Source: Anaerolineae bacterium
GTDB taxonomy: Bacteria; Chloroflexota; Anaerolineae; UBA1429
DNA length: 64,000 nucleotides
Assembly: GCA_963675785.1 (NCBI GenBank)
Contig: OY776562.1
Coordinates: forward strand, 3,040,001 to 3,104,000
Direction of reading: 5' to 3'
The notes under the pieces were generated by a model, which was given only the letters and a program-made list of their open reading frames with translations, had not been told where the DNA came from and did no database searches. The translations under genes were made by a program, and so were the position numbers. Shown piece after piece: positions 1-9,413 of this stretch. Numbering within the stretch: the stretch's first letter is position 1; each line of letters opens with the position of its first letter.

Positions 1-120
1 GCACTTGGGGAGCACAGCTGCTATGCTATCGTCTATGATGCGGCTGGCAACTCCGTCGAAAGCGAATCGGTGACTTATAAAGTGGTATCCTACAATCCTT
101 ATGATGATGAGGATGAGTAG
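1..120 (+). CDS. 3' end of a CDS running in from the left edge; Ig-like beta-sandwich C-terminus
   Basis: Frame 1 is open to TAG 118-120 (ALGEHSCYAIVYDAAGNSVESESVTYKVV...DEDE*); DxAGN is typical of bacterial Ig-like domains; a terminator follows. Confidence 0.6.
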   Translation, partial: ALGEHSCYAIVYDAAGNSVESESVTYKVVSYNPYDDEDE

Positions 121-177
121 TCAGATACTGGATGAGAGTGTTCATCAAAAGTCTCTGACTTCAAGTAGCTAGAATGC

Positions 178-219
178 AAAGGGGGATTGTTCGGTGAAGA
201 ACAATCCCCCTTTTCTTTT
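178..219 (+). terminator. Intrinsic terminator, probably bidirectional
   Basis: AAAGGGGGATTGTTC-GGTGAA-GAACAATCCCCCTTTT then TCTTTT, between convergent genes. Confidence 0.85.
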
Positions 220-377
220 GAGCTTGATTTTGCAAAGCATTATGACAGAACTCTTTGAGTGAAACAGGCAAGGGGCATGGGAGGTGATGATGGAAAGGAC
301 ACGGATTATCGAACTACCGAAATGAAAAATTATATTTCTATTGTGATCAAATAGAAGCGAGTGATGAATCCCAATAC

Positions 378-2075
378 TTACTCTTTTTCCAGATGATCCT
401 GGGGTTCAACCACGATCGTTTGCTCATGTGTATAGGTGACCATGCCGGGTTTTCCGCCGGGCATGTGTTTAACATAGCGGCGTTCGCAGAAATCGACTTG
501 AACTCGGTTGGAATCCTGAGCGCTAGAATAAAAGGCGGCAAGTTCTGCCGCGAATAGAAGGGCATCATCCGAGAGTGCATTACTGCTGCGCAGGATGACA
601 TGCGAGCCGGGTACACCGTGGGCATGAAGCCAAATATCGCTGGAATTGGCCAGATGAAAGGTAACTTTGTCGTTTTCCTGACTGTTTCTTCCCATCAGAA
701 CTATTGTGCCATCTGGAGCCTCAAGCCGGTGTGGCTCACTGCGCTTGGGGCGCGAGCGTTTCTTATCGGGCTTGAGATAGCCATTCTCAATAAGTGCTTG
801 TTCGACCTGATCGATTTGGTTCCGATCTTTGGCCAAGTTAAGATCGGAGGCCAGTTGGGCAATAAAGGCTAATTCTTCCCGAGTCTGTTCGATGAGTTCG
901 GGAACTTGGAAAGCAGCGTCACGTCGCTTGCGATACTTGGCAAAGAGCTGTTGCGCATTTTCAGATGCGGACAAGGCGGGATCAAGGGGAATATGCCACG
1001 TTTCTTCTGAATCCATATCAAACAAAGAAGCTTTGACCATTAGCTCGGTTTGCCCCGGTACAATCTCATAGGCCATGGCGAATACGGCATTACCATACTG
1101 CTGGATGCGCTCAATTTCCTCTTTTGGTACCAGCGAATCTTGCAAGGATGCGAGTTTGCCTTCCAGTTTACCTTTTTGATCGTCCAGCAATGCACGAACA
1201 CGAGTGCGAGCCTGGCCGTACATATCGGATTTGCCGCGTGCTGTTTCTGCAAGAAGGATGGCCTCGGAAATGCTGCCTACCTGCTCATAGTCCCCAAGAT
1301 GGGTAAGCAAATAGGGCGCGTATTGCTTTTGTGCGGCGATATTGGCACAATCGCTACTAAGGCTTTGTTCCCACAGGCTTGCAGTTGCTTGAGTAATCTG
1401 ATCATAGAGGTTGGATGATGGCGTATAGTCTGTTGTAGAACCACTGGCCCTAAAGGCGATCTCACGGGCGGCAAGAGGACTGAGTCCGCCGATTATATCT
1501 ACAACTTTTTGCCATAATGCATCGCGGTCGCTACTGTCCAGCGCCTCGCCCAGCTCGCCGCTTACAAGTTTTAGCGGATTGAGCTTGTCTTGCGGTGGTG
1601 GAGGCGCATAAGGTTTACGCGGCAGAATGGTGCGTACGCGATTGACTGAGGCAGGCACACGGTGCATCGAATCGAGAATCAGGCCCTCTGAATCGACCAG
1701 AATCACATTCGACAGCCTCCCCATCATCTCGCAGACGAGCAGTGTGGCGCCCTCTGGTCCCTCAAAGTGAAACGTGAGAATGCGCTCTAATTCGGGTTGC
1801 TCTATGCTAACCAGGCGGGCACCCCGAACGTATTTGCGCAGCAGTTGTTCGAGCGGGCTGGGCGCTTTGGTGCCGCGACGGGGCTTTTCCTCTGTTAGGG
1901 CGATGTATGGGTTTTGCGGGTTGGCACTGATCAGCAGGTTTGTGCGTGAACCGGCATAGATCTCTAGGCCAATGCTGTGCGCTGAGGATTGTACGATGCG
2001 CTGCACTCGTCCGGGGATAATTTGTTTTATTAGTTCTAACCTGACGGCTGTCGTTGTGAGTGTATCAAAGGGCAT
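378..2075 (-). CDS. NFACT/FbpA family protein (ribosome quality control RqcH-like)
   Basis: N-terminal MPFD, LERIL and EMMGRLSNVIL motifs, coiled coil, C-terminal NFACT-R (GRNSQEND...DIWLHAHGVPGSHV...KPGMVTY). Confidence 0.9.
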   Translation of the reverse strand: MPFDTLTTTAVRLELIKQIIPGRVQRIVQSSAHSIGLEIYAGSRTNLLISANPQNPYIALTEEKPRRGTKAPSPLEQLLRKYVRGARLVSIEQPELERILTFHFEGPEGATLLVCEMMGRLSNVILVDSEGLILDSMHRVPASVNRVRTILPRKPYAPPPPQDKLNPLKLVSGELGEALDSSDRDALWQKVVDIIGGLSPLAAREIAFRASGSTTDYTPSSNLYDQITQATASLWEQSLSSDCANIAAQKQYAPYLLTHLGDYEQVGSISEAILLAETARGKSDMYGQARTRVRALLDDQKGKLEGKLASLQDSLVPKEEIERIQQYGNAVFAMAYEIVPGQTELMVKASLFDMDSEETWHIPLDPALSASENAQQLFAKYRKRRDAAFQVPELIEQTREELAFIAQLASDLNLAKDRNQIDQVEQALIENGYLKPDKKRSRPKRSEPHRLEAPDGTIVLMGRNSQENDKVTFHLANSSDIWLHAHGVPGSHVILRSSNALSDDALLFAAELAAFYSSAQDSNRVQVDFCERRYVKHMPGGKPGMVTYTHEQTIVVEPQDHLEKE

Positions 2076-3097
2076 CAGTCAGTTCCCTCCATAAAGTCGT
2101 CAATGACGTCCAAGAGGTCTTGCCCGGTGTAGCTGCTGCGAACACGGATTCTAGAGAGCTCAAATAGACCCTCATTCGATTGGATTACATCCTGATTGAC
2201 GGTGGTCGCCCCCCAGTAGTTTGCGGATTTGAGCACGTCGATGACGAGCTCATCATAGGAGCCGCCGGGGTAGCAAAAGAAGCGGACTGGAACGCCCGTG
2301 CGTTCTTCGATGGCTTGCTTGGGACCAAGTATTTGCCAGACGAGATAATCGACATCTTTGCCGCTCAGGTCGGCGTGGTTATAGCTGTGGCTTTCGATAG
2401 ACATGCCCGCCTGGGACATCTCGGCCACCTGCTCCCAGGTGACATAATCTGGCCGGCCTTCATCCAGATAGCCTGTGATGACAAAGAAGGTTGCCACCAT
2501 GTCGTACTCTTGCAGGATGGGGAAGGCATTTTCATAGTTATCTCGATAGCCGTCATCAAAAGTCAGGATGATGGGCTTGTCTGGTAAGGTCTGGCCCGTT
2601 TGTAGAGCGAACACCAGGTCATAGAGCGTAATCGTGGTATAGCCGGCTGCATCTAGGGCAGCTAACTGCTCATGAAAGGTTTCAGGCGAGGTAGAAAGAT
2701 CGATGCGCACATCGTCAGCATCTGTCGGAGGTGTGCAGATATAGTGATACATGAGAATGGGCACATCAAGTTCACGCGCCACGCCATCAGGTGTCGGCAT
2801 AGGCACGGCAGTTGGGGTCATTGTTGGTGTTTGTGTGGCCGTTGCTGTGGCCGTGGTGAGGGAAACCACCTTTGTCATCGTTAAAGTAGCAGTAGCTGTC
2901 GCAGTAGCAGTTGGTGGTACAAGCGTTGCTGTGATCGTCGGCGTTGCTGTTGATTTTTTGATGAGGGGCGTCGGCGAATCAGGCTGTTTGGCCGAGACAG
3001 TAGAACAGGCCCCGAGAACCAAAACGAGGACAGTCAATAGTACGGCTGTCCAGGGCGATGTTTGATGGTCTGAATTGCGTTTTGGCCTCAGTTTCAT
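2075..3097 (-). CDS. Lipoprotein polysaccharide deacetylase (CE4, PgaB/IcaB-like)
   Basis: Lipobox LGAC, Thr/Pro linker, VPILMYH, LTFDDGY, SHSYNH, FCYPGG. Confidence 0.9.
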   Translation of the reverse strand: MKLRPKRNSDHQTSPWTAVLLTVLVLVLGACSTVSAKQPDSPTPLIKKSTATPTITATLVPPTATATATATLTMTKVVSLTTATATATQTPTMTPTAVPMPTPDGVARELDVPILMYHYICTPPTDADDVRIDLSTSPETFHEQLAALDAAGYTTITLYDLVFALQTGQTLPDKPIILTFDDGYRDNYENAFPILQEYDMVATFFVITGYLDEGRPDYVTWEQVAEMSQAGMSIESHSYNHADLSGKDVDYLVWQILGPKQAIEERTGVPVRFFCYPGGSYDELVIDVLKSANYWGATTVNQDVIQSNEGLFELSRIRVRSSYTGQDLLDVIDDFMEGTD

Positions 3098-3209
3098 CGT
3101 TTCTACATGGTAACTTTAGGCTGGCTATGTGTCAAAAGGGGCTTCTAACTCAAATTGACCCGCTCAGACCTCGATGCTACACTTTTATCATCATTGGAAG
3201 GAGTTACAC

Positions 3210-3782
3210 TTGCGCGTTATCTCTGGTTCAGCCAAGGGTCGGCATTTGTCTTCGGTTCCGGGCACAGGCACACGCCCCATTACAGACCGCGTCAAAGAGA
3301 GCCTTTTTAATATTCTTGGTTCGGATGTGGTCGATTCTACCTGGTTGGATCTCTTTGGTGGAACCGGCAGTGTGGGCATCGAAGCGTTGAGTCGTGGGGC
3401 GACCCATGTGTTGTTCATCGACAAGGCCCGCGTTGCTGTGCAGACGATACACAAGAACCTTGAGCTGACGGGGTTGGAGGATAGGGCCCGCGTTTTGCGA
3501 GCGGACGCCTTTACCTATGTGCAAGGGGCAGCTGCTGATGAAGCTTATGATTATGTGTATGTGGCCCCGCCCCAATACAAAGATATGTGGGCCGAAATGC
3601 TGGCCATGCTCGATGAAAAGCCTCTCTTGGCCGAGCAGGGATTGATTATGGTACAGATTTACCCCAAAGAATATCACGATATCCCTCTAAAGCGGCTAGC
3701 GCTGGTGGATGAGCGCCGTTATGGCGATACCGTGCTCTATTTCTATGAGGAAAAGAGTGCTGTAGAACCTGTGGAGGACTAG
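3210..3782 (+). CDS. rsmD: 16S rRNA (guanine966-N2)-methyltransferase
   Basis: TTG start after AAGGAG; (M)RVISGSAKGR..TRPITDRVKESLFNIL..LDLFGGTGSVGIEALSRGA..APPQY. Confidence 0.92.
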   Translation: MRVISGSAKGRHLSSVPGTGTRPITDRVKESLFNILGSDVVDSTWLDLFGGTGSVGIEALSRGATHVLFIDKARVAVQTIHKNLELTGLEDRARVLRADAFTYVQGAAADEAYDYVYVAPPQYKDMWAEMLAMLDEKPLLAEQGLIMVQIYPKEYHDIPLKRLALVDERRYGDTVLYFYEEKSAVEPVED

Positions 3783-4019
3783 TTGGAGTACGAGGTAGCG
3801 GTTGGTGATATTGTCATGCTGCGCAAACCCCACGCCTGTGGAGCGAACGAATGGCGTGTGCGCCGTATTGGTGCTGATATTGGTCTCAACTGCCAGGGTT
3901 GTGGTCGTCGCATCATGATTACGCGTCGGGAGTACTTTCGTCGGGTGAAAAAGGTTTTGTCGGCAGGTCAGCCGGAGGATGCAGCAGAGGCAGCAGATGA
4001 GTTTGAATTATTCCCTTGA
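3783..4019 (+). CDS. DUF951 family protein
   Basis: GDIVMLRKPHACGANEWRVRRIGADIGLNCQGCGRRIM matches the DUF951 pattern. Confidence 0.85.
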   Translation: MEYEVAVGDIVMLRKPHACGANEWRVRRIGADIGLNCQGCGRRIMITRREYFRRVKKVLSAGQPEDAAEAADEFELFP

Positions 4020-5370
4020 TGATACCATCGCCGCTATTTCAACGCCCCAAGGCGCCGGTGGCATCGGCATCGTCCGGCTCTCTGGGCCCGAAGCGCTTGT
4101 TATCACTAACAAGCTATTTATGCCGGCGAACAAAGAGTGGCGTTTCCCCGAGACTCACCGCCTCTATTATGGCCATATCAAGGCTCCTGAAACAGGCCAG
4201 AACGTGGACGAGGCCCTAGTGAGTTATATGATAGCTCCACATTCTTATACCTGCCAGGATGTCGTCGAGATCAACCTTCATGGCGGCCCCTTGGTAGTGA
4301 GGCGCGTGTTGACTCTCGCCTTGTTTGAGGGTGCTCGGCTGGCCGAGCCTGGCGAATTTACGTTGAGAGCCTTTGCCAATGGCAGAATCGATCTGGCTCA
4401 AGCCGAGGCGGTGATGGATGTCATCTCGGCTGGCGGCGAACGGGCGCTTACTCAGGCCGTTCATCAATTGGAGGGCCATCTCTCTAGCCGTGTGACGCAA
4501 ATCCGCAAGCTTTTGCTCGATGTGCTGGTCCATCTCGAAGCGGGCATGGATTTTCCACAGGATGAGATACCGTCTGTTGATGTTATCGATAATCTCGATG
4601 CTGCGAGTGAAGGGCTCTGCGAACTTTTGACTGATGCGGATTCGGGCGTGCTAATTCGGCAAGGGGTGCGAGTGGCTTTGGCGGGCTTGCCCAATGTGGG
4701 CAAGAGCAGTTTGCTCAACCGGCTGCTCGAGTTTGAGCGGGCCATCGTCACCGAGATTCCCGGCACCACGCGCGATACGCTTGAAGAAACACTGGTTATC
4801 CAAGGCGTGACTTTTGTATTGGTAGATACTGCTGGTATTGCTGCCAGCGATGACCCTATCGAACGCATTGGTGTGGCTCGTAGTCGTCAGGCGATGACCG
4901 AGGCCGACCTGGTTTTGTTGGTAGTGGATGGTCATACTCCCCCCTTGGACGAGGAGCAGCTTTTGGCCGATGAACTCGCCGCTGTGGCGGGGATTGTGGT
5001 TTGCAACAAAAGCGATCTAACCCCTTGTTATGATTACGTAGATTTTCTGCCAGCGCTGCCTCATATCTCTATCTCAGCTTTGACGGGTGATGGTCTTGTT
5101 GAATTGCGGCAGGCCATGCTAGAGGTTACGGTGGGAGCTGCATCAGAGGGTGGTGGTGCGCTCGTGACCAACCCTCGTCATGAGGCGTTGTTGCATGTCG
5201 CGCTAACTAGTGTGAGTGACGCATTGGTGGCGGCGAAAGAAGCTCTTCCCGATGAGATGGTGGCCATCGACGTACGCGAGGCCGTTCATTACTTGGGGCT
5301 GATTACCGGCGAAAATGCCGATGAAGAACTCTTGGACACGATTTTCAGCACGTTTTGTATCGGCAAATAG
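3997..5370 (+). CDS. mnmE: tRNA modification GTPase MnmE
   Basis: DTIAAISTP, GEFTLRAFANGRIDL, GLPNVGKSS, IPGTTRD, DTAG, NKSD, C-terminal FCIGK. Confidence 0.97.
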   Translation: MSLNYSLDDTIAAISTPQGAGGIGIVRLSGPEALVITNKLFMPANKEWRFPETHRLYYGHIKAPETGQNVDEALVSYMIAPHSYTCQDVVEINLHGGPLVVRRVLTLALFEGARLAEPGEFTLRAFANGRIDLAQAEAVMDVISAGGERALTQAVHQLEGHLSSRVTQIRKLLLDVLVHLEAGMDFPQDEIPSVDVIDNLDAASEGLCELLTDADSGVLIRQGVRVALAGLPNVGKSSLLNRLLEFERAIVTEIPGTTRDTLEETLVIQGVTFVLVDTAGIAASDDPIERIGVARSRQAMTEADLVLLVVDGHTPPLDEEQLLADELAAVAGIVVCNKSDLTPCYDYVDFLPALPHISISALTGDGLVELRQAMLEVTVGAASEGGGALVTNPRHEALLHVALTSVSDALVAAKEALPDEMVAIDVREAVHYLGLITGENADEELLDTIFSTFCIGK

Positions 5371-5379
5371 GGGGCTGGT

Positions 5380-6453
5380 TTGAAGCTAGCGGTAGTTTGT
5401 TCGTACCTTACACAGTACGGCGGGGCTGAACGCGTGCTTGAAGTGATTCACCAGATGTACCCAGAGGCGCCGGTCTATACTTCGATGTATCTTCCCGATC
5501 GTTTGCCGGATGATTATCGAACCTGGGATATCCGCACCACTTGTATGCAGCGCTTGCCCTTCAAGAACAAGCTCAACAAGGCTTATCTGCCTTTGTATCC
5601 CCGCGCTTTTGAGAAACTGGATTTCTCGGGATATGATACAGTGCTCTCAGTGACCAGTGGGTTCGCGCACGGGATCGTTACACCTGAATCCACACGGCAC
5701 GTTTGCTATTGCCTGACGCCAGCACGCTTTCTCTGGAATTTCGATGGCTATGTGGCTCGCGAGGGCATGGGTTCTTTCACTCGCAGCCTTTTGCCAGGGC
5801 TCATTCGGCGTCTGGCTGGTTGGGATCGTATGGCTGCCGAGCGCGTGGATGATTTCGTGGCCATATCGACTTGCGTTCAACAGCGCATCCAAAATAGTTA
5901 TGGCAGAGAGTCGAGCATCATCTATCCCCCTGTACGTATTCCTGAGCATTATGAACCAGCAGATGTGGGCGATTATTATCTGGTGGTCTCGCGGCTCATC
6001 CCCTACAAGCGTATTGATCTGGCTGTTCGTGCTTTTACCAAGCTGGGGATTCCCCTGCACATCATCGGCGATGGACGAGACAGGGCGGCACTTGAGGCTG
6101 AAGCTGGACCGAATGTGTCCTTCCTTGGGTTCCTTTCGGATGACGAAGTCGCGGAAGAGATGCGCCACTGCCGAGCTTTTGTCTTTCCTGGTGAAGAGGA
6201 TTTTGGCATTACCCCAGTAGAGGTGATGGGGCGCGGTAGGCCCGTTGTGGCCTATAAAGCAGGCGGCGCCTTGGATACCGTCGTCGAAGGGCTTTGCGGT
6301 ACGTTTTTTGATGAGCCCACTCCCGAATCTTTGGCAGAGGCTATTCAGCGAATCGAGGAAATGACGTTTGATAGCGAAAAAATTGTTGCGCACGCCCGAC
6401 GGTTTGAAGAGAGCCATTTTTGTGAGGCGCTTCGTCAGGAGCTAGAGCGGTAG
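5380..6453 (+). CDS. Glycosyltransferase family 4 (GT-B)
   Basis: GGAERV, SRLIPYKRIDL, EDFGITPVE signature. Confidence 0.9.
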   Translation: MKLAVVCSYLTQYGGAERVLEVIHQMYPEAPVYTSMYLPDRLPDDYRTWDIRTTCMQRLPFKNKLNKAYLPLYPRAFEKLDFSGYDTVLSVTSGFAHGIVTPESTRHVCYCLTPARFLWNFDGYVAREGMGSFTRSLLPGLIRRLAGWDRMAAERVDDFVAISTCVQQRIQNSYGRESSIIYPPVRIPEHYEPADVGDYYLVVSRLIPYKRIDLAVRAFTKLGIPLHIIGDGRDRAALEAEAGPNVSFLGFLSDDEVAEEMRHCRAFVFPGEEDFGITPVEVMGRGRPVVAYKAGGALDTVVEGLCGTFFDEPTPESLAEAIQRIEEMTFDSEKIVAHARRFEESHFCEALRQELER

Positions 6454-6477
6454 GTTCACGGGGTATTCCTAATAGAG

Positions 6478-6508
6478 GGTCTGCATCTTACGATGCAGAC
6501 CTTTTTTT
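6478..6508 (+). terminator. Intrinsic terminator
   Basis: GGTCTGCATC-TTAC-GATGCAGACC-T7. Confidence 0.85.
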
Positions 6509-6619
6509 CTTGTCGCAACTGTGCCAAGTTGACGGGGTTATAGGGGGGGATGAACGATGTGGCGGTCCCCTTATTCGATCGCGCATCGCAGACTGCAATT
6601 ATCTAGGGGGAAGTTATTC

Positions 6620-7474
6620 ATGCGTATCATAACGGACAGTGCTGCTGAGCTTTTGCCAGAGGATATTGAGCGATTTGATATCGAGGTAGAGCCGCTTATT
6701 GTGCATATGGATGGCAAGGAGGTTTCCGCTTCATCTATCAACGTAGATGATTTCTATGACATGCTGGAGAGTGTTGGCGAAAACCTGCCGACCACCTCTC
6801 AACCTTCGCCTGGCGCGTTTGTCACCCGTTATCAGAGCCGGCCTGAACAGGAAATTCTGGGCGTCTATATTTCCACCGGGTTGAGTGGCACGGTGCAATC
6901 AGCCACACTGGCAATGCGAGAGTGCCCGGAACGCACCGTAGGGGTGATCGATACCAAGGCCGTAGCTGGCGCTCAACGTTTTCAGGTATTGGCGGCGGCG
7001 ATGGCGGCTGAAAAGGGTTTGTCGATCGAGCAGATACGTGAACGCCTTGTGCAGATTCACGAGCAAACCGAGCTTTTGTTTACAGTAGAAACGCTCAAGT
7101 ATTTGGCTTATGGTGGGCGCATTGGTCGTGTCAAAGCTCTTGCTGGGTCGCTTCTCAATGTTAAACCAGTGATTCGATTGGATGAAGATGGTGTATTGGC
7201 TACTCAGGGACAGGCCCATTCTCGCAAGGGGGCACGGGCAGCTATTGTAAAAGAGCTCGTAAAGACCTTTGGTGCGGATGAGCCTCTTTGGGTAACTGTG
7301 CTTCACGGCCGTTGGCCAGAAGAAGCGCAGTTACTGGCGCAGGAACTTCAAAAGGCATTGAACATCGAACGAGTAGATGCTATTCGGATATCAACCATTC
7401 TCGGCATACACACCGGGCCTGGTGTGGTGGGTTGTGGTGCAGTTCCCATGTCTCTGATCAGAGATCTGCTCTAG
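6620..7474 (+). CDS. DegV family fatty-acid-binding protein
   Basis: MRIITDSAAEL, PTTSQPSPG, ISTGLSGT, YLAYGGRIG, HTGPG. Confidence 0.93.
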   Translation: MRIITDSAAELLPEDIERFDIEVEPLIVHMDGKEVSASSINVDDFYDMLESVGENLPTTSQPSPGAFVTRYQSRPEQEILGVYISTGLSGTVQSATLAMRECPERTVGVIDTKAVAGAQRFQVLAAAMAAEKGLSIEQIRERLVQIHEQTELLFTVETLKYLAYGGRIGRVKALAGSLLNVKPVIRLDEDGVLATQGQAHSRKGARAAIVKELVKTFGADEPLWVTVLHGRWPEEAQLLAQELQKALNIERVDAIRISTILGIHTGPGVVGCGAVPMSLIRDLL

Positions 7475-7477
7475 CAT

Positions 7478-7521
7478 AAAAAAAGAAGGGGATGCGCTTG
7501 GCGCATCCCCTTCTTTTTTTT
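7478..7521. terminator. Bidirectional intrinsic terminator
   Basis: A7GAAGGGGATGCGC-TTG-GCGCATCCCCTTCT7 between convergent genes. Confidence 0.9.
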
Positions 7522-7527
7522 GAAAGA

Positions 7528-9303
7528 CTATTGATAGTTCTGCCAGGTATTGTCGCTGTAAAGGACATAGATACCCTTGACGTTGCTCCAGAACATTAGG
7601 CCGTTGCTGAATTGCTGTATGGAACCCTCAAAGCCGCGTTCCTCGGTGGTAGCCCATCCCAAGCCGCTACGGACAGTATCAGTATCACGCCATAGCTTGC
7701 CAAAACCGCGTTTCGGCTGATAGTAGCCAGAAGGCGCTGTGATCGAGGTATCCCACTCGGTATCACCGTCTTGCCAGGTGTCTGAATAGACAGCCCAAGT
7801 GCCATTGTTATTGAGCACATAGATATTGTCCGAATCAGACAGCCAAATCATCGTGCCGTTCTGGAAGGATTCCTCGCCTGCCCACACGTTGTATTCGGTC
7901 TGGGTGGCGCAGCCGAGCTTGGCACTAACGCTGCTGTAGCCGTTATAGATGCGCCCAAAGCCAAGCACTGGCGTTATACTGCAGCCCGTTGGCGTGGAAG
8001 AAGACGTTCCTCCATAGACAAACTTGACCGCATCAAAGCCCACAAAGCGGGTAGCATAGGTTTCTCCGGTATTATCCCCCAAATAGACGTATTCACCGCT
8101 GCCACCGGAAAAGGTATAGGTACCCAGGCTTACCCACTGGTCATAGTAAAGCGACTGATTGATCGACCGCACGTCTTTGGTACCATTGTGATAGATGGAA
8201 TAGGTTGCGTTCGTGGTGCCAAAGTAGCGAGAGGGGACATAGACGAACACTTCCCAATCACCGGCAACGGATACATACGGATACCATTTGGCCCAGTTGT
8301 AGAGTGTGGTCTTGCTGTTCCAAGTCCAATAAAGATGATCGTTATAACCCAGGTAGCGGTTGTAAAAGCTGCTAGATGATCCACCCCAGGTAAAGTTGGC
8401 ATCCTTTTCATCAACGACGATGGTAGTCGCCGTAGACTGCCCCAATGACCAGGAAACCTGACACTTGGCTGTACCGGTCAATTCATAGTACTCGATCTTG
8501 ATATCATGGTTGCCAGCTGCAATGTATTTGGTTGCAGTGTGTGAAGCCGATTGCGGATACCATTTGTCTATGATCAACGTTCCATCGACATAGACACGAA
8601 GGCCGTCATCTGTAGTCCCAGAGAAGGTGTAGGTGCCGCTTGTGGAAAAGTTGACGGTTCGCGTCCAGCGGGCAGAAAAATTATCCGAGTTGATGCCACT
8701 GGCTGGGGAACCAGTTCCCCAGTTGAACGAGACGCTGCTGTCATTGCGTACCAGAGCTGCATCGCCACCCAGCCAGGTGTTGTTATAGTATTCGCCCCGC
8801 CACTCAGTAATGTTTGATGCAGAGCTCCAAGTAAGCTGGCAGACAGCGTTCCCGGTATTCTCATAATACTCGACACGGAAGCTATGGTATCCCGCACTCA
8901 GATATCGGGTAGCGGTATACGTGGTCTGGCTCTGATCTTTCCACTGGTCAATGACAAGCGCGTCATCTACATAGAGACGGCCGCCGTCATCGAGGATCAA
9001 CGAAAAAGTATAATCGCCAGCAGCCATGTAAGGGAATGCTGTCCAGCGAACAGAAAAGCCATCGGCTGATACGCCGGTGGCAGGTGCAGAAGTTCCCCAG
9101 TTGAACGAAATTGACGAGTCGTCCCGGATGAGAGCGGGGCTACCGCTAATATCCTTGTTGTTGTAATATTCGCCTCGCCAGGTCACCGAATCAGCTGAGA
9201 CTGTAAGGGGTATAAAACTCAATGCTGAAAGCAGCAAAACTGTAGCCAAAGTTATGCGCGACCAAGAATGCCGGATGTTACGTTTCTCTAGATTGATTAC
9301 CAC
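7528..9303 (-). CDS. Secreted protein: 2x PA14 domains, golvesin/Xly-like CBM, LGFP-like C-terminus
   Basis: Signal peptide; two repeats WRGEYYNN...FNWG...FS(V/A)RWT...DDG.R.YVD; C-terminal GFGRIY...LG and GFGKLWR...LGW. Confidence 0.8.
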   Translation of the reverse strand: MVINLEKRNIRHSWSRITLATVLLLSALSFIPLTVSADSVTWRGEYYNNKDISGSPALIRDDSSISFNWGTSAPATGVSADGFSVRWTAFPYMAAGDYTFSLILDDGGRLYVDDALVIDQWKDQSQTTYTATRYLSAGYHSFRVEYYENTGNAVCQLTWSSASNITEWRGEYYNNTWLGGDAALVRNDSSVSFNWGTGSPASGINSDNFSARWTRTVNFSTSGTYTFSGTTDDGLRVYVDGTLIIDKWYPQSASHTATKYIAAGNHDIKIEYYELTGTAKCQVSWSLGQSTATTIVVDEKDANFTWGGSSSSFYNRYLGYNDHLYWTWNSKTTLYNWAKWYPYVSVAGDWEVFVYVPSRYFGTTNATYSIYHNGTKDVRSINQSLYYDQWVSLGTYTFSGGSGEYVYLGDNTGETYATRFVGFDAVKFVYGGTSSSTPTGCSITPVLGFGRIYNGYSSVSAKLGCATQTEYNVWAGEESFQNGTMIWLSDSDNIYVLNNNGTWAVYSDTWQDGDTEWDTSITAPSGYYQPKRGFGKLWRDTDTVRSGLGWATTEERGFEGSIQQFSNGLMFWSNVKGIYVLYSDNTWQNYQ

Positions 9304-9413
9304 AGACCGCCTCCTTTAGACTTCGCAATGCAGCGAAAAAGGCAGAGCAAAGTTGCGAAACATACTCATTATAACATCAGCGAATCATGCTATCAATGCT
9401 TTTACTTGGCCTG

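Noticed and set aside
2780-2950. Low-complexity GTAGCA/GTTGCT-type repeats
   Set aside because: They encode the Thr/Ala/Pro linker of the deacetylase; not a CRISPR or VNTR.
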